The position numbers and the translations under genes are program-made. A stretch of 64,000 nt of DNA from Dehalococcoidia bacterium. GTDB taxonomy: Bacteria > Chloroflexota > Dehalococcoidia > Lucifugimonadales > GCA-2712585. Shown here in pieces: positions 1 through 8,838 of this stretch. Numbering within the stretch: the stretch's first letter is position 1; each line of letters begins with the position of its first letter. Location: positions 1,508,832 to 1,572,831 of the forward strand of contig OY762063.1 in the NCBI GenBank assembly GCA_963665075.1, in the 5' to 3' direction. A model generated the notes under the pieces. It ran no database searches, had not been told where the DNA came from, and saw only the letters and a list, made by a program, of their open reading frames with translations.

Positions 1-57
1 CCGCTGTCCCTGAGCCTGTAGAAAGACAAGCGCGGAAAATATGTGTATACTGACCCC

Positions 58-130
58 TCTCCTGTAGCTCAGTGGATAGAGCAGTTCCCTTCCAAGGTTC
101 AGGGCGGGGGTTCGATTCCCCCCAGGGGCG
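58..130 (+). tRNA. Degenerate tRNA-like element (Arg-like body, UCC anticodon); possible pseudo-tRNA
   Basis: D arm GCTC-AGTGGATA-GAGC and T arm GGGGG-TTCGATT-CCCCC are intact; anticodon loop CTTCCAA. The anticodon stem has two U-U mismatches and the first acceptor pair is T-C. TATACT -10 box at 46-51. Confidence 0.6.
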
Positions 131-280
131 TGAATCAGTCTTGACAAGAATGCGACATATTCTATAGGATAGATCTGCCTTGGAAGGGATAACTCATTCA
201 AGCGAGCTAGCCTGAAAGAAAACCCACCTGCGGCGGCTCTTGTCCAGGTGGATTTTGTTTGTCACCCAGTGATCCCCCCC

Positions 281-1657
281 TCAAACACCCGCCGCCGGCG
301 CCGTAAACGCAAACACGCTCCCTCCGCCCTCCCGACTCTCCACCCAAATCCGCCCCCCGTGCGACTGCACAATATGCTTCGCAATCGCCAGCCCCAACCC
401 CGTCCCCCCCTGCCCCTGCGCCCTGTCCGCCTTGTAGAACCGCTCGAACACGTGCGGCATATCCTCCGACGCCACGCCGATTCCCCGGTCCAACACCCGC
501 ACCTCCACCCATCGCCCCCGACGCTCCACCTCCACCTGCACTTCGCCGCCCCTCGGCGTGAACTTCACCGCGTTCTCCACCAGATTCGACAACACCTGCT
601 GAAGCCTGCCCTCATCCGCCGTCGCCTCCACCCCCTCGTCCCCCTCCGCAACCAGCGACACCCCCTTCGCCCGCGCCTGCTCCCCGAAAATCTCCACCAC
701 CTCCCGAACCGCCCGCCCCACGTCCACCGGCGACAGATTCAGCCTGACCTCCCCGCTCTCCAACCTCGACAAATCCAACAAGTCCTGCACCAACGCCGAC
801 ATCCTCTCCGCGTTGTGCATAATCCGACCCAGAAACTGACGCGCCGCCTCCGCGTCCTCCATCGCCCCGTCCTGCAACGTCTCCGCCGACGCCCTGATGG
901 AAGCCAGCGGCGTCCGCAACTCGTGCGACACGTTCGCCACGAACTCCCGCCGCGTCGTCTCCACCCGCCGCGCCTGCGTCAAGTCGTGCAGCGCCAGCAG
1001 AACCGACTCCCTCCCCTGCAACGTCAACGGCGTCGCTATCACGTTGACGAATCGACGCTGCCGCGCCAACTGTAGCTCCAATGTCTGCGGCGCCCCCGTC
1101 CGCCGGCATCTGGACACCAACTCGTTCAACTCGTGGTCCCGCACCGCCTCGATGAGCCGCTGCCCCTCCTCCAACCCCGCCGGCAGCCCCAGAAACTCCC
1201 GCGCCGCCGGATTCGCCAGCGTGATGCGCCCCTCGTGGTCCAGCAGCGCCACCCCGTCCGTCATCGTCGCCAATATCGTCGACAGCTTGTCCCGCTCCTC
1301 CGAAAGCTCCGTCACTATCCCCTTCACGCTGTCCGCCATCGCGTTCAGCGCCTGCGCCAATTCCCGCGTCTCCCGCACCCGTCCCGCGGGCATCCGATGG
1401 TCCAGATCCCCCTGCGCCAGCCGGTTCACCACTCTGGTTAGAAGACGCAACGGCCCCGTCCTCCGCCGCACCCGTATCAACGCCATCACGACGCAAAGGA
1501 CGAACACCGCCCCGCCCGTGACCAGCAGCGTGACCACCGCGACGCCCGCCTCCTCCAGCCGAACGACGAGAAACGCCGCGCCCACCCCGACCACCACCGC
1601 CGAAACGACGCCGCATACCAACAAAAACCGCACTTCAGCCCGAGACATCCCCTTCAC
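281..1657 (-). CDS. PhoR-like sensor histidine kinase (TM-HAMP-PAS-HisKA-HATPase)
   Basis: FVANVSHELRTPL H-box, NLVENAVKF N-box, GTGLGLAIAKHIV G2 box; downstream of an OmpR-family regulator. Confidence 0.9.
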   Translation of the reverse strand: MKGMSRAEVRFLLVCGVVSAVVVGVGAAFLVVRLEEAGVAVVTLLVTGGAVFVLCVVMALIRVRRRTGPLRLLTRVVNRLAQGDLDHRMPAGRVRETRELAQALNAMADSVKGIVTELSEERDKLSTILATMTDGVALLDHEGRITLANPAAREFLGLPAGLEEGQRLIEAVRDHELNELVSRCRRTGAPQTLELQLARQRRFVNVIATPLTLQGRESVLLALHDLTQARRVETTRREFVANVSHELRTPLASIRASAETLQDGAMEDAEAARQFLGRIMHNAERMSALVQDLLDLSRLESGEVRLNLSPVDVGRAVREVVEIFGEQARAKGVSLVAEGDEGVEATADEGRLQQVLSNLVENAVKFTPRGGEVQVEVERRGRWVEVRVLDRGIGVASEDMPHVFERFYKADRAQGQGGTGLGLAIAKHIVQSHGGRIWVESREGGGSVFAFTAPAAGV

Positions 1658-1688
1658 CTCCTCTTATCCCTTCCCCCTCCACCCCCTC

Positions 1689-1810
1689 CGTCATTCCCGC
1701 CAGCCCCTTCGTCATTCCCGCGCAGGCGGGAATCCATCCCCTCTTCTCCCTTCCCCCTTAATGGGGGAAGGTTAGAGCCCGCCCCGTACTTGATACGGGG
1801 ATGGGGGTGA
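1689..1810 (+). repeat. REP-like palindrome cluster (half copy + CGTCATTCCCGCGCAGGCGGGAATCCA + CCTTCCCCC..GGGGGAAGGTTAG type)
   Basis: Same 27-nt palindrome recurs at about 2600, 4281, 4492, 6121, 7728, 8304, 8627, 10933 (variant) and 25433, and inverted at 46986 and 48907. Confidence 0.9.
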
Positions 1811-1827
1811 ACTGCCCCCAGCAAAAT

Positions 1828-2535
1828 TCACCCCTCAAACCTGTACCCCGTCCCTCGAATCGTAATAATGCGCCGCGGCGACCCCGGCTCCCTCTCTATC
1901 TTCTCCCTAATCCAACGAATATGCACGTCCACCGTCCGCGGATCCCCGAAATACTCCGTCCCCCAAACCTCGTCCAGCAGCTCATTCCGCGTATAAGCCC
2001 GCCCCGGATGCGACGCCATGAACGCCAACAGGTCGTACTCCTTCGGCCTCAAATCCAACGACTTGCCCGCCGCGTGAGCCGTCCGCGCCTCCAGATTCAA
2101 CTCAAGGTCGCCGACCCTGATATTCGTCTCTGCCTCCCGCGGCCCCACGTCCATCTCCCGACGCCGGATGAGCGCCCCCACCCGCGCAATCAACTCCCGA
2201 ATGCTGAAAGGCTTGGTCATATAATCGTCCGCCCCCAACTCCAGCCCCCCCACCTTGTCCAACTCCTGGTCCCGCGCCGTCAGAATCAAAATCGGCGTCG
2301 CCATCTCCCTCCGGACGATACGACACACCTCCAGCCCGTCCAACCCCGGCAGCATGATGTCCAAGACAATCAAATCCGGCTCCCTCTCCCGGGCCAACTC
2401 CAACGCCCTATCCCCATCGAAAGCCTGAACCACCCGATAGCCCCTCTTCTTCAGATTATACGTAAGCACGTCCTGAAGCGAATCATCATCCTCCACCACC
2501 AACACCGTCCTCTGTATCTCCTGCTGCACACTCAT
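1828..2535 (-). CDS. OmpR/PhoB-family response regulator
   Basis: Receiver motifs VLVVEDD, LDIMLPG, GADDYMTKPF; winged helix RTVDVHIRWIREKIE..TIRGTGYRF. Confidence 0.93.
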   Translation of the reverse strand: MSVQQEIQRTVLVVEDDDSLQDVLTYNLKKRGYRVVQAFDGDRALELAREREPDLIVLDIMLPGLDGLEVCRIVRREMATPILILTARDQELDKVGGLELGADDYMTKPFSIRELIARVGALIRRREMDVGPREAETNIRVGDLELNLEARTAHAAGKSLDLRPKEYDLLAFMASHPGRAYTRNELLDEVWGTEYFGDPRTVDVHIRWIREKIEREPGSPRRIITIRGTGYRFEG

Positions 2536-2661
2536 CGTCTTAGCATACCTACAAACAACCTTCGTTCCCTCCCCCTTCCGTCATTCCCGCGCCCCCTTCC
2601 GTCATTCCCGCGCAGGCGGGAATCCATCCCCCTCTTCTCTCCTCTCCCTTGAGGGAGAGGA

Positions 2662-4146
2662 TTAAGGTGAGGGTGAAAATCCCGCGGCCCCCGCCCCCGC
2701 AATCCGCCCAAACACCGACCCCGCCATCAACCCCGCGCCGCCTGGATAATTATGATAGAACAGCCCGCCCACCAACTCCCCCGCCGCGAACAACCCCCGC
2801 ACCGGCGTCCCTTCCGTCGAGAGCACCCGCGCCCCCTCGTCAATCCGCAGCCCTCCAAACGTAAACGTAATCCCGCACGTCACCGCGTACCCCACATAAG
2901 GCGGCGTATCGATGGCCAACGCCCAATTCGACTTCGGCGGCGAAATCCCCGCCGTCCCCTTCCCGTCCAACCGCGTCGGGTCGAACTCCCCCGGCTGCAC
3001 CGCCCCGTTGAACGCCCCCACCGTCCCCACAAACCCCTCCACGTCGATGTCCAACGCCTCCGCCAGCCCCTCCAGCGTGTCCGCCTCCGCCATCGTGCAC
3101 TGCGCGATATGGTACTCGTCCCTCAACAGATGCTTCACCTTCCCGTCGAATATCTGAAACGCCGCCCGCCGGGGCTGATTCATAATCTCCCGCCCGTACT
3201 TGGCGTAGGTGTAATTCCGCAAGTCCGCCCCCTCGTCCACGAACCGCTTCCCCTCCACGTTCACAACAATCCCGAAAGGATACGAATGCTTCTGAAACAG
3301 ATCCGTCACGTTCCTGTCCCCCGTCGCCGGCGCGTTCAAGTCCCACGCCACCGCGTGACAGCCGCTCCAGTGCCCGAACGACTGCGCCCCCGCCTCCAAC
3401 GCCATCCGAATCCCGTCCCCCGTGTTGTACGGCACGCCCCGCACCTTCACCAACTCCCACCCCGGCCCCAGATACCGCGTCCGCATCTCCGCGTTCGCCT
3501 CGAAACCCCCGCACGCCAGCGCCACCGCCCCCGCCGCCAGGTCCCGCATTCCTTCCGACGTTTGCACCCTCACCCCGCAAACCCCGCCCCATTCGTCCAT
3601 AAGCAGCCTCACCCCCTTCGACTCATACCAGACATCAACCCCCCGCTCCTTCGCAATCGAGAATAACTGGTCCGAAAGCCCCTTCCCGCCTCCCACCGCC
3701 TCCACCACCAACCCGCCCCAGAAGCGATGCTTCCCGTCCCGCATGAACGACTGACGCCCATACAGCGGCACGAACCGAAGCCCCAACCCCCTCAGCCACT
3801 TCAACGTCGGATGCGAACGACTCACCAGCGTTTGCGCCAGCCCCGGATCGCTCATCCCCTCCGTCACCCGCATCAAGTCCTCGTAGTATTCCGCCTGGGT
3901 ATAACTGCCCACGTCCAACGCCGCCTCTTCCTCCGACGACATGTCAGGAATCAACGCCTTCACGTCCTCCAACCCCGAATACGCCGTCCGAATCGCCCCG
4001 CCCGTGAAGTACGTGTTTCCGCCCCGAAAATACTCCGGCGCCTTTTCCAGAACCAACACCGACGCGCCCGCCTCCGACGCCGCCAAAGCCGCGCAAAGCG
4101 CCGCGTTCCCCGCCCCCACTACCACAACGTCATAACCCTTGCTCAT
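2662..4146 (-). CDS. tcuA: FAD-dependent tricarballylate dehydrogenase TcuA-like oxidoreductase
   Basis: GAGNAALCAA, RGGNTYFTGG, GGFEAN, HSYPFGIVVN, GITFTFGGL, FYHNYPGGAGLMAGSVFGRIAG motifs. Confidence 0.8.
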   Translation of the reverse strand: MSKGYDVVVVGAGNAALCAALAASEAGASVLVLEKAPEYFRGGNTYFTGGAIRTAYSGLEDVKALIPDMSSEEEAALDVGSYTQAEYYEDLMRVTEGMSDPGLAQTLVSRSHPTLKWLRGLGLRFVPLYGRQSFMRDGKHRFWGGLVVEAVGGGKGLSDQLFSIAKERGVDVWYESKGVRLLMDEWGGVCGVRVQTSEGMRDLAAGAVALACGGFEANAEMRTRYLGPGWELVKVRGVPYNTGDGIRMALEAGAQSFGHWSGCHAVAWDLNAPATGDRNVTDLFQKHSYPFGIVVNVEGKRFVDEGADLRNYTYAKYGREIMNQPRRAAFQIFDGKVKHLLRDEYHIAQCTMAEADTLEGLAEALDIDVEGFVGTVGAFNGAVQPGEFDPTRLDGKGTAGISPPKSNWALAIDTPPYVGYAVTCGITFTFGGLRIDEGARVLSTEGTPVRGLFAAGELVGGLFYHNYPGGAGLMAGSVFGRIAGAGAAGFSPSP

Positions 4147-4234
4147 ACCCCCTCCTTACTCCCTACGATGCTATGCCCCAACCCCCACCCTGTCAATCCA
4201 ACCCCCCCTCTTATCCCTTCCCCCTCAACCCACA

Positions 4235-4530
4235 CCCGTCATTCCCGCCACCTCCTCCCGTCATTCCCGCCACCTCCTCCCGTCATTCCCGCGCAGGCGG
4301 GAATCCACCGCAACCCACGCACCATCCCGTAGGGGCGACCGGCCGGTCGCCCCTACCCCGTCGCGCCCCAACCCCATCCCCAACCCACCCTCCTCTTGAC
4401 CCCTTTCCCCTCTACTCACCCCGTCATTCCCGCCACCTTCTCCCGTCATTCCCGCCACTCACCTTCTCCCGTCATTCCCGCCACCTCCTCCCGTCATTCC
4501 CGCGCAGGCGGGAATCCACCGCAACCCACG
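4235..4530 (+). repeat. Tandem half-REP array (CCCGTCATTCCCGCCACCTYCT units) with two full REPs and a GTAG-type palindrome
   Basis: ~22-nt units at 4235, 4257, 4419, 4442, 4468; full REPs at 4281 and 4492; GTAGGGGCGACCGGCCGGTCGCCCCTAC at 4329-4356. Confidence 0.85.
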
Positions 4531-4567
4531 CCAAACCCTAACCACCCCCCAACTCCCATTTATCCCC

Positions 4568-4597
4568 TTGACACGAACTTTAGTGCCGTGATACCAT
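4568..4597 (+). promoter_or_regulatory. Sigma70-type promoter, probably giving a leaderless mRNA
   Basis: TTGACA-18nt-TACCAT, with ATG 6 nt downstream at 4604. Confidence 0.65.
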
Positions 4598-4603
4598 CGC
4601 CCC

Positions 4604-4993
4604 ATGAAGACTATAGAACAATTATACCAAGACTTCGAAAAGCTCCTGGACGCCCTCGGCATCCCCAAGGAACCCCCCAAAGGCTCTTTCTACGACCTCA
4701 CCACCGAAGAGGAGGAAAACATGAACGAATCCCACAAGCGCAAGCGCGGCGGCCAGCCCGGCAAACAGAACGCCCGCAAGCACGGCTTCTACTCCAAGCA
4801 CTTCACCCCGGAGCAGATGCAGCAGCTCGAAGAGATCGACTACCACAAGGGCCTCGACCCGGAAATCAAACTCCTTCGCGTCAAGCTCAACTCCCTGCTG
4901 GAAGACCCGGAAACCTCCCCTGAAATCATCATCCGCGCCGCCCACGCCCTCGCCCGGCTCGCCTCCGTCCAGCGTCGATACATCTATGGTTGA
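4604..4993 (+). CDS. Hypothetical protein with RGGQPGKQNARKHGFYS motif (motif type seen in phage terminase small subunit-like proteins)
   Basis: Clean ORF with its own promoter; GGQPGNxNAxKHGxY-like motif. Confidence 0.7.
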   Translation: MKTIEQLYQDFEKLLDALGIPKEPPKGSFYDLTTEEEENMNESHKRKRGGQPGKQNARKHGFYSKHFTPEQMQQLEEIDYHKGLDPEIKLLRVKLNSLLEDPETSPEIIIRAAHALARLASVQRRYIYG

Positions 4994-5002
4994 AGGGGGG
5001 CG

Positions 5003-5133
5003 TTCGTTTTCACCACAACATATAACGAATCCCAAATTTCCCCCCAATCAGCTATGAAAACCCCCTTCGTATCCCACCACAGAAAAAAAGGAAGCCAAAC
5101 GAAACGAATATCCTCTACTACAACAAGCCCCCC
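5003..5133 (+). repeat. AT-rich dispersed element, copy 1
   Basis: Clearly homologous by eye to the reverse complement of 48545-48675 (TTCGTTTTCACYACAACA..AACGAATCC..AATCAGCTAT..CACAGAAAAAAA..GAAACGAATA..CTAC.ACAACAA). Confidence 0.8.
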
Positions 5134-5220
5134 GTTGCGCCTTCCCCCTCAAGCCGCTATCATGTCAACGCACCATCCCCAACCGACGCTGATTCCCACC
5201 CGACAACAAGCAAACCATCC

Positions 5221-5991
5221 ATGAACTACGACACCATAATCGTCAACCGCAAAGATGGCGTCGCCACCGTCACCCTCAACCGCCCCAAGGTGTTGAACGC
5301 CATGAACCTCGCCCTCTCCAGGGAACTCGGCGCCGCCATAGCCGACCTGGAAGCCGACGACGAAGTCCGCGCCATCATCCTCACCGGCGCCGGCGACCGA
5401 TCCTTCTCCGCCGGCGCCGACATCCACGAAATGCGTACCCTCGCCCCGGAGCAATCCGCCCAGTCCGCCGAAATCCGCGCCAACACCCAACAGCGCGTCG
5501 CCAACTGCTCCAAACCCATCATCGGCGCCCTCAACGGCCTCGCCCACGGCGGCGGCGCCGTCCTCGCCAGCTCCCTCGACTTCCTCGTCGGCTGCCCACG
5601 CAGCCAGTTCCGCTTCCTCGCCGTCGCCTACGGACAGATGAACTCCACCTGGACCCTCCCCGTCATCATCGGCTGGCCCCGCGCCAAGGAACTCCTCTAC
5701 ACCGGACGCGTCGTCGAAGCCGACGAAGCCTACCGCCTCGGCCTCCTCAACCACCTCGTCCCCGCCGACCAACTCATGGACAAGGCTATGGAACTCGCCC
5801 AGACCATCGCCGCCAACCATCCCCTCTCCGTTCAGGGCGTCAAGAGCCTCGTCCTCAGCAATCTGGGACAGTCCTGGGAGGATATGCGAAAGCGCGAGCA
5901 CGAAGCACGCAGAACCACCCATCGCAGCCTCGCCGTCGAGGAAGGATTCAAGGATTTCATAGAACGCCGCGGCAGACCCCTCCAAAAGTGA
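5221..5991 (+). CDS. Enoyl-CoA hydratase/isomerase (crotonase) family protein
   Basis: VATVTLNRPKVLNAM, FSAGADI, KPIIGALNGLAHGGG, AKELLYTGR. Confidence 0.9.
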   Translation: MNYDTIIVNRKDGVATVTLNRPKVLNAMNLALSRELGAAIADLEADDEVRAIILTGAGDRSFSAGADIHEMRTLAPEQSAQSAEIRANTQQRVANCSKPIIGALNGLAHGGGAVLASSLDFLVGCPRSQFRFLAVAYGQMNSTWTLPVIIGWPRAKELLYTGRVVEADEAYRLGLLNHLVPADQLMDKAMELAQTIAANHPLSVQGVKSLVLSNLGQSWEDMRKREHEARRTTHRSLAVEEGFKDFIERRGRPLQK

Positions 5992-6053
5992 ACCCGGAGG
6001 ACTAGCTTAACTCCCCGCCATCCACTAGAATGAGACGCGCACATTGCTATACA

Positions 6054-6101
6054 ATAAGGAGGCCTTTTCATAACCCCATAAGGAGGCCTTTTCATAACCC
6101 C
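6054..6101 (+). repeat. Perfect 24-nt tandem duplication ATAAGGAGGCCTTTTCATAACCCC x2
   Basis: Direct reading. Confidence 0.9.
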
Positions 6102-6494
6102 ATATTCCCGCCACCCCCTTCGTCATTCCCGCGCAGGCGGGAATCCATCTTCCCCGATGAGACGAAGGATTTCCCGTCTTCTCTCCTCTTCCTTGAGGGA
6201 GAGGATTAAGGTGAGGATGAAAACGCCCCCAACGCAAGCTAATGCCCGCCATCCACTACAATGAGACAAACCCCTTGATTCTGCTATATAATAAGGAAGT
6301 GAAGGGAATTTCCAGCCGCAGCCGAATAGCTCCCACCCAACCCCCAATCCAATGCGGGCAATTGACCCCTATGGCGTTGGTTAGGCTATTGCATTGCCCA
6401 ATGACAACCCTATATAATACGCTCGCAGTCACCCAACTGTTGCTTGTCAATTGCTTGAGAACATCTGATTACGCTAGCCGTTAAAGGAGGTTAG

Positions 6495-7586
6495 ATGTAC
6501 TTGTCCAAAGTCTTCAAAGTAGTCCTGTTGCTTTCGTTGGTGGCCCTCGTCATCCCCCTGGCCATCGCCCGCGGTCAGGTTACCGTCGGCACAGCCATGA
6601 TCGGGGAATCCGAAACCGGCGCCTCCGATATGCTCACAGTCACCCTCAACAGCCTCCCCGGCGCAGGGGAAGGCAACGCTTATGAAGGTTGGCTCGCCTC
6701 CGCCGACGGCTCAACCCTCCTCAGCGTCGGCGTCATGGAAGCGGACGACGGCGGAAACGTCAGCCATTCCTACACCCACCCCGACGGCATGAACCTGGCT
6801 ACCAGCTACAGCCAGTTCCTCGTCACCATCGAACCCTCGCCGGACACCGACGCCGCCCCCTCCGGCAACATCGTCTACTACGACGTTATACCCGAAGACG
6901 GCTTGATGTACGTCAACGCCCTCCTCGACAGCGAGTCCGGCGCGACGGTTAACACGGTCGTACAGACCATGCTCGCCGTCACCCACGCCCGCCTCGCCAC
7001 CGAATCCAAGAACCTTGAAGACGTGCAGGCCCACGCCGCCCACGTCATCAACATCATCGAAGGCTCCGATGGCGATAACTTCGACGCCGCCCACGCCAAC
7101 CCCGGCGACGGCATGGGCATAGCCGCCCACGCTAACGCCGCCTCCACACAGGCCCAGGGCGCCGCCACCGCCTTCCCCACCCATCCCAACTTCCACACCT
7201 ACTCCGGCCAGGTGGTCAGTTCAACTAACAACGTGACCTCCTGGGCCACCATGGCTCGCGACCACGCCCTCCAGGCCAAGACCGCCAGCGACATGGTCAC
7301 CGCCAGGGCCTACGCCGCCAACGCTCACACCTTGGCGGAGCGGGCCTTGAACGGCATGGACAAGGACTCCGACGGCACAGTCAGCGCCCGACAGGGCGAA
7401 GGCGGCGCCATGCAGTCCCACGTGGCCGCCCAGAGCATGGCCAGCTACAACGCCATGATCGGCGCTGGCCCGCCCGAAACCGGCGACGTCAACTTCATGT
7501 ACCTCGCCCTCATCGCCCTTGGCGTAGGCGCGGTCCTGATCGTCGGCGGAGGCGCCGTCCTACGGCGCGGCAGGGCCCAAGCCTAG
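6495..7586 (+). CDS. Secreted/surface protein with RskA-C-like domain and C-terminal PPETG sorting signal
   Basis: AAGGAGG SD; N-terminal signal peptide; YEGWL and LVTIEP motifs; PPETGD + hydrophobic helix + RRGR tail. Confidence 0.75.
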   Translation: MYLSKVFKVVLLLSLVALVIPLAIARGQVTVGTAMIGESETGASDMLTVTLNSLPGAGEGNAYEGWLASADGSTLLSVGVMEADDGGNVSHSYTHPDGMNLATSYSQFLVTIEPSPDTDAAPSGNIVYYDVIPEDGLMYVNALLDSESGATVNTVVQTMLAVTHARLATESKNLEDVQAHAAHVINIIEGSDGDNFDAAHANPGDGMGIAAHANAASTQAQGAATAFPTHPNFHTYSGQVVSSTNNVTSWATMARDHALQAKTASDMVTARAYAANAHTLAERALNGMDKDSDGTVSARQGEGGAMQSHVAAQSMASYNAMIGAGPPETGDVNFMYLALIALGVGAVLIVGGGAVLRRGRAQA

Positions 7587-7613
7587 ACCCGCCCCCAAAC
7601 CCAACGAAACCCC

Positions 7614-7645
7614 ATGAACCCCTCGGCACACACCGAGGGGTTCAT
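7614..7645 (+). terminator. Hairpin, likely terminator
   Basis: ATGAACCCCTCGG-CACACA-CCGAGGGGTTCAT directly after the stop codon. Confidence 0.6.
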
Positions 7646-7831
7646 ACATCCCCCATCTTCCCCCCTCTCCCGTCCTGGGAGAGGGCTGGGGTGAGGGTCC
7701 TCTTATCCCTTCCCCCTCAACCCACTCCGTCATTCCCGCGCAGGCGGGAATCCATCCTAACCTCCCCCCTTGCCCCCTCCACCCAATTCCCCTACCCTTC
7801 CCCCACATCCCCAAAGGAGGCCCCCACCCCC

Positions 7832-8218
7832 ATGAACAAAACCCGCAACCCCCACGCCGACGTCGCCCCCACCTTCGGCAACTACGTCCGCGCCGTCCGC
7901 GCCGGAAACGCCATCTACGTCGCCGGATGCACCGCCACCCGCACCCCCGCCGAGAACGACGACGTCATCGCCCAGGCCGACGCCACCCTCAACCGCATCC
8001 AGGCAATCGTCAACGCCGAAGGCGCAGCCATGTCCGACGTCGTCAGGCTCGTCGTCTACGTCACCGACATGGACGCCTTCCGCCCCCGCCAGCCCGAGTT
8101 CGAAGCCCTCATGGAACGCTACTTCCAGGGCCAGTATCCCACCAGCACCCTCGTCGCCACCCCCGCCCTCGCCTTCCCCAACCTCCTCATCGAAATAGAA
8201 CCCACCATCATCCTCTAA
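7832..8218 (+). CDS. RidA/YjgF family protein
   Basis: AAGGAGG SD; YVRAVRAGNAIYVAG, DVVRLVVYVTDM, PTSTLV, LIEIE. Confidence 0.85.
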   Translation: MNKTRNPHADVAPTFGNYVRAVRAGNAIYVAGCTATRTPAENDDVIAQADATLNRIQAIVNAEGAAMSDVVRLVVYVTDMDAFRPRQPEFEALMERYFQGQYPTSTLVATPALAFPNLLIEIEPTIIL

Positions 8219-8442
8219 TTCTTCCCCCTCTCCCATCCTGGGAGAGGGCCGGGGTGAGGGCCTCTTCCCCCTCAACCCACATCCGTCATTCCCGCCACCA
8301 TCTCGTCATTCCCGCGCAGGCGGGAATCCATCTTCTCCCTTCTCCCTCAAGGGAGAAGGGCAGGATGAGGGTGATCCCCCTCATTGACCCAACCAACCCC
8401 ATCCCGCTAAAATACCCCATCCCCCCAAAGGAGCCGCCGCCC

Positions 8443-8562
8443 ATGCCCAACGAAACCGGCAAACGCTACACCTGCTCCCAATGCGGCTCCGAATTCCTCG
8501 TCACCCGCGGCGGCGATGGCGCCCTCAAATGCTGCGACCAACCCGCCAACCTCAAGCAATAA
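8443..8562 (+). CDS. Small desulforedoxin-like CxxC..CC protein (39 aa)
   Basis: AAGGAG SD; MPNETGKRYTCSQCGSEFLVTRGGDGALKCCDQPANLKQ. Confidence 0.8.
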   Translation: MPNETGKRYTCSQCGSEFLVTRGGDGALKCCDQPANLKQ

Positions 8563-8694
8563 TGCTGCCGACCCGAAATCCCTCTTATCCCTCCCCACAA
8601 CCCTCCATCATTCCCACCACCCCCTCCGTCATTCCCGCGCAGGCGGGAATCCATCCCATCCCTCCCCCCAATCACACTCTTTCAGGACGACAAA

Positions 8695-8838
8695 ATGCCC
8701 AACCAGCTGGGAAAACGCTACGCCTGCTCCCAATGCGGCACCCTCATCCTCTGCGTCCGACGCGGCGACGGAATAGTCTTCTGCTGCGACGAAGAAATGG
8801 CCCTCCAGGCCCCCCGCCAACTCCCCTCCTCCGACTAG
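8695..8838 (+). CDS. Small desulforedoxin-like CxxC..CC protein (47 aa), not in the ORF track
   Basis: Manual translation MPNQLGKRYACSQCGTLILCVRRGDGIVFCCDEEMALQAPRQLPSSD; paralog of 8443-8562. Confidence 0.8.
   Translation: MPNQLGKRYACSQCGTLILCVRRGDGIVFCCDEEMALQAPRQLPSSD

Noticed and set aside
4235-4530. Repeat array as a CRISPR
   Set aside because: Units are REP halves without unique spacers of regular length; no cas genes
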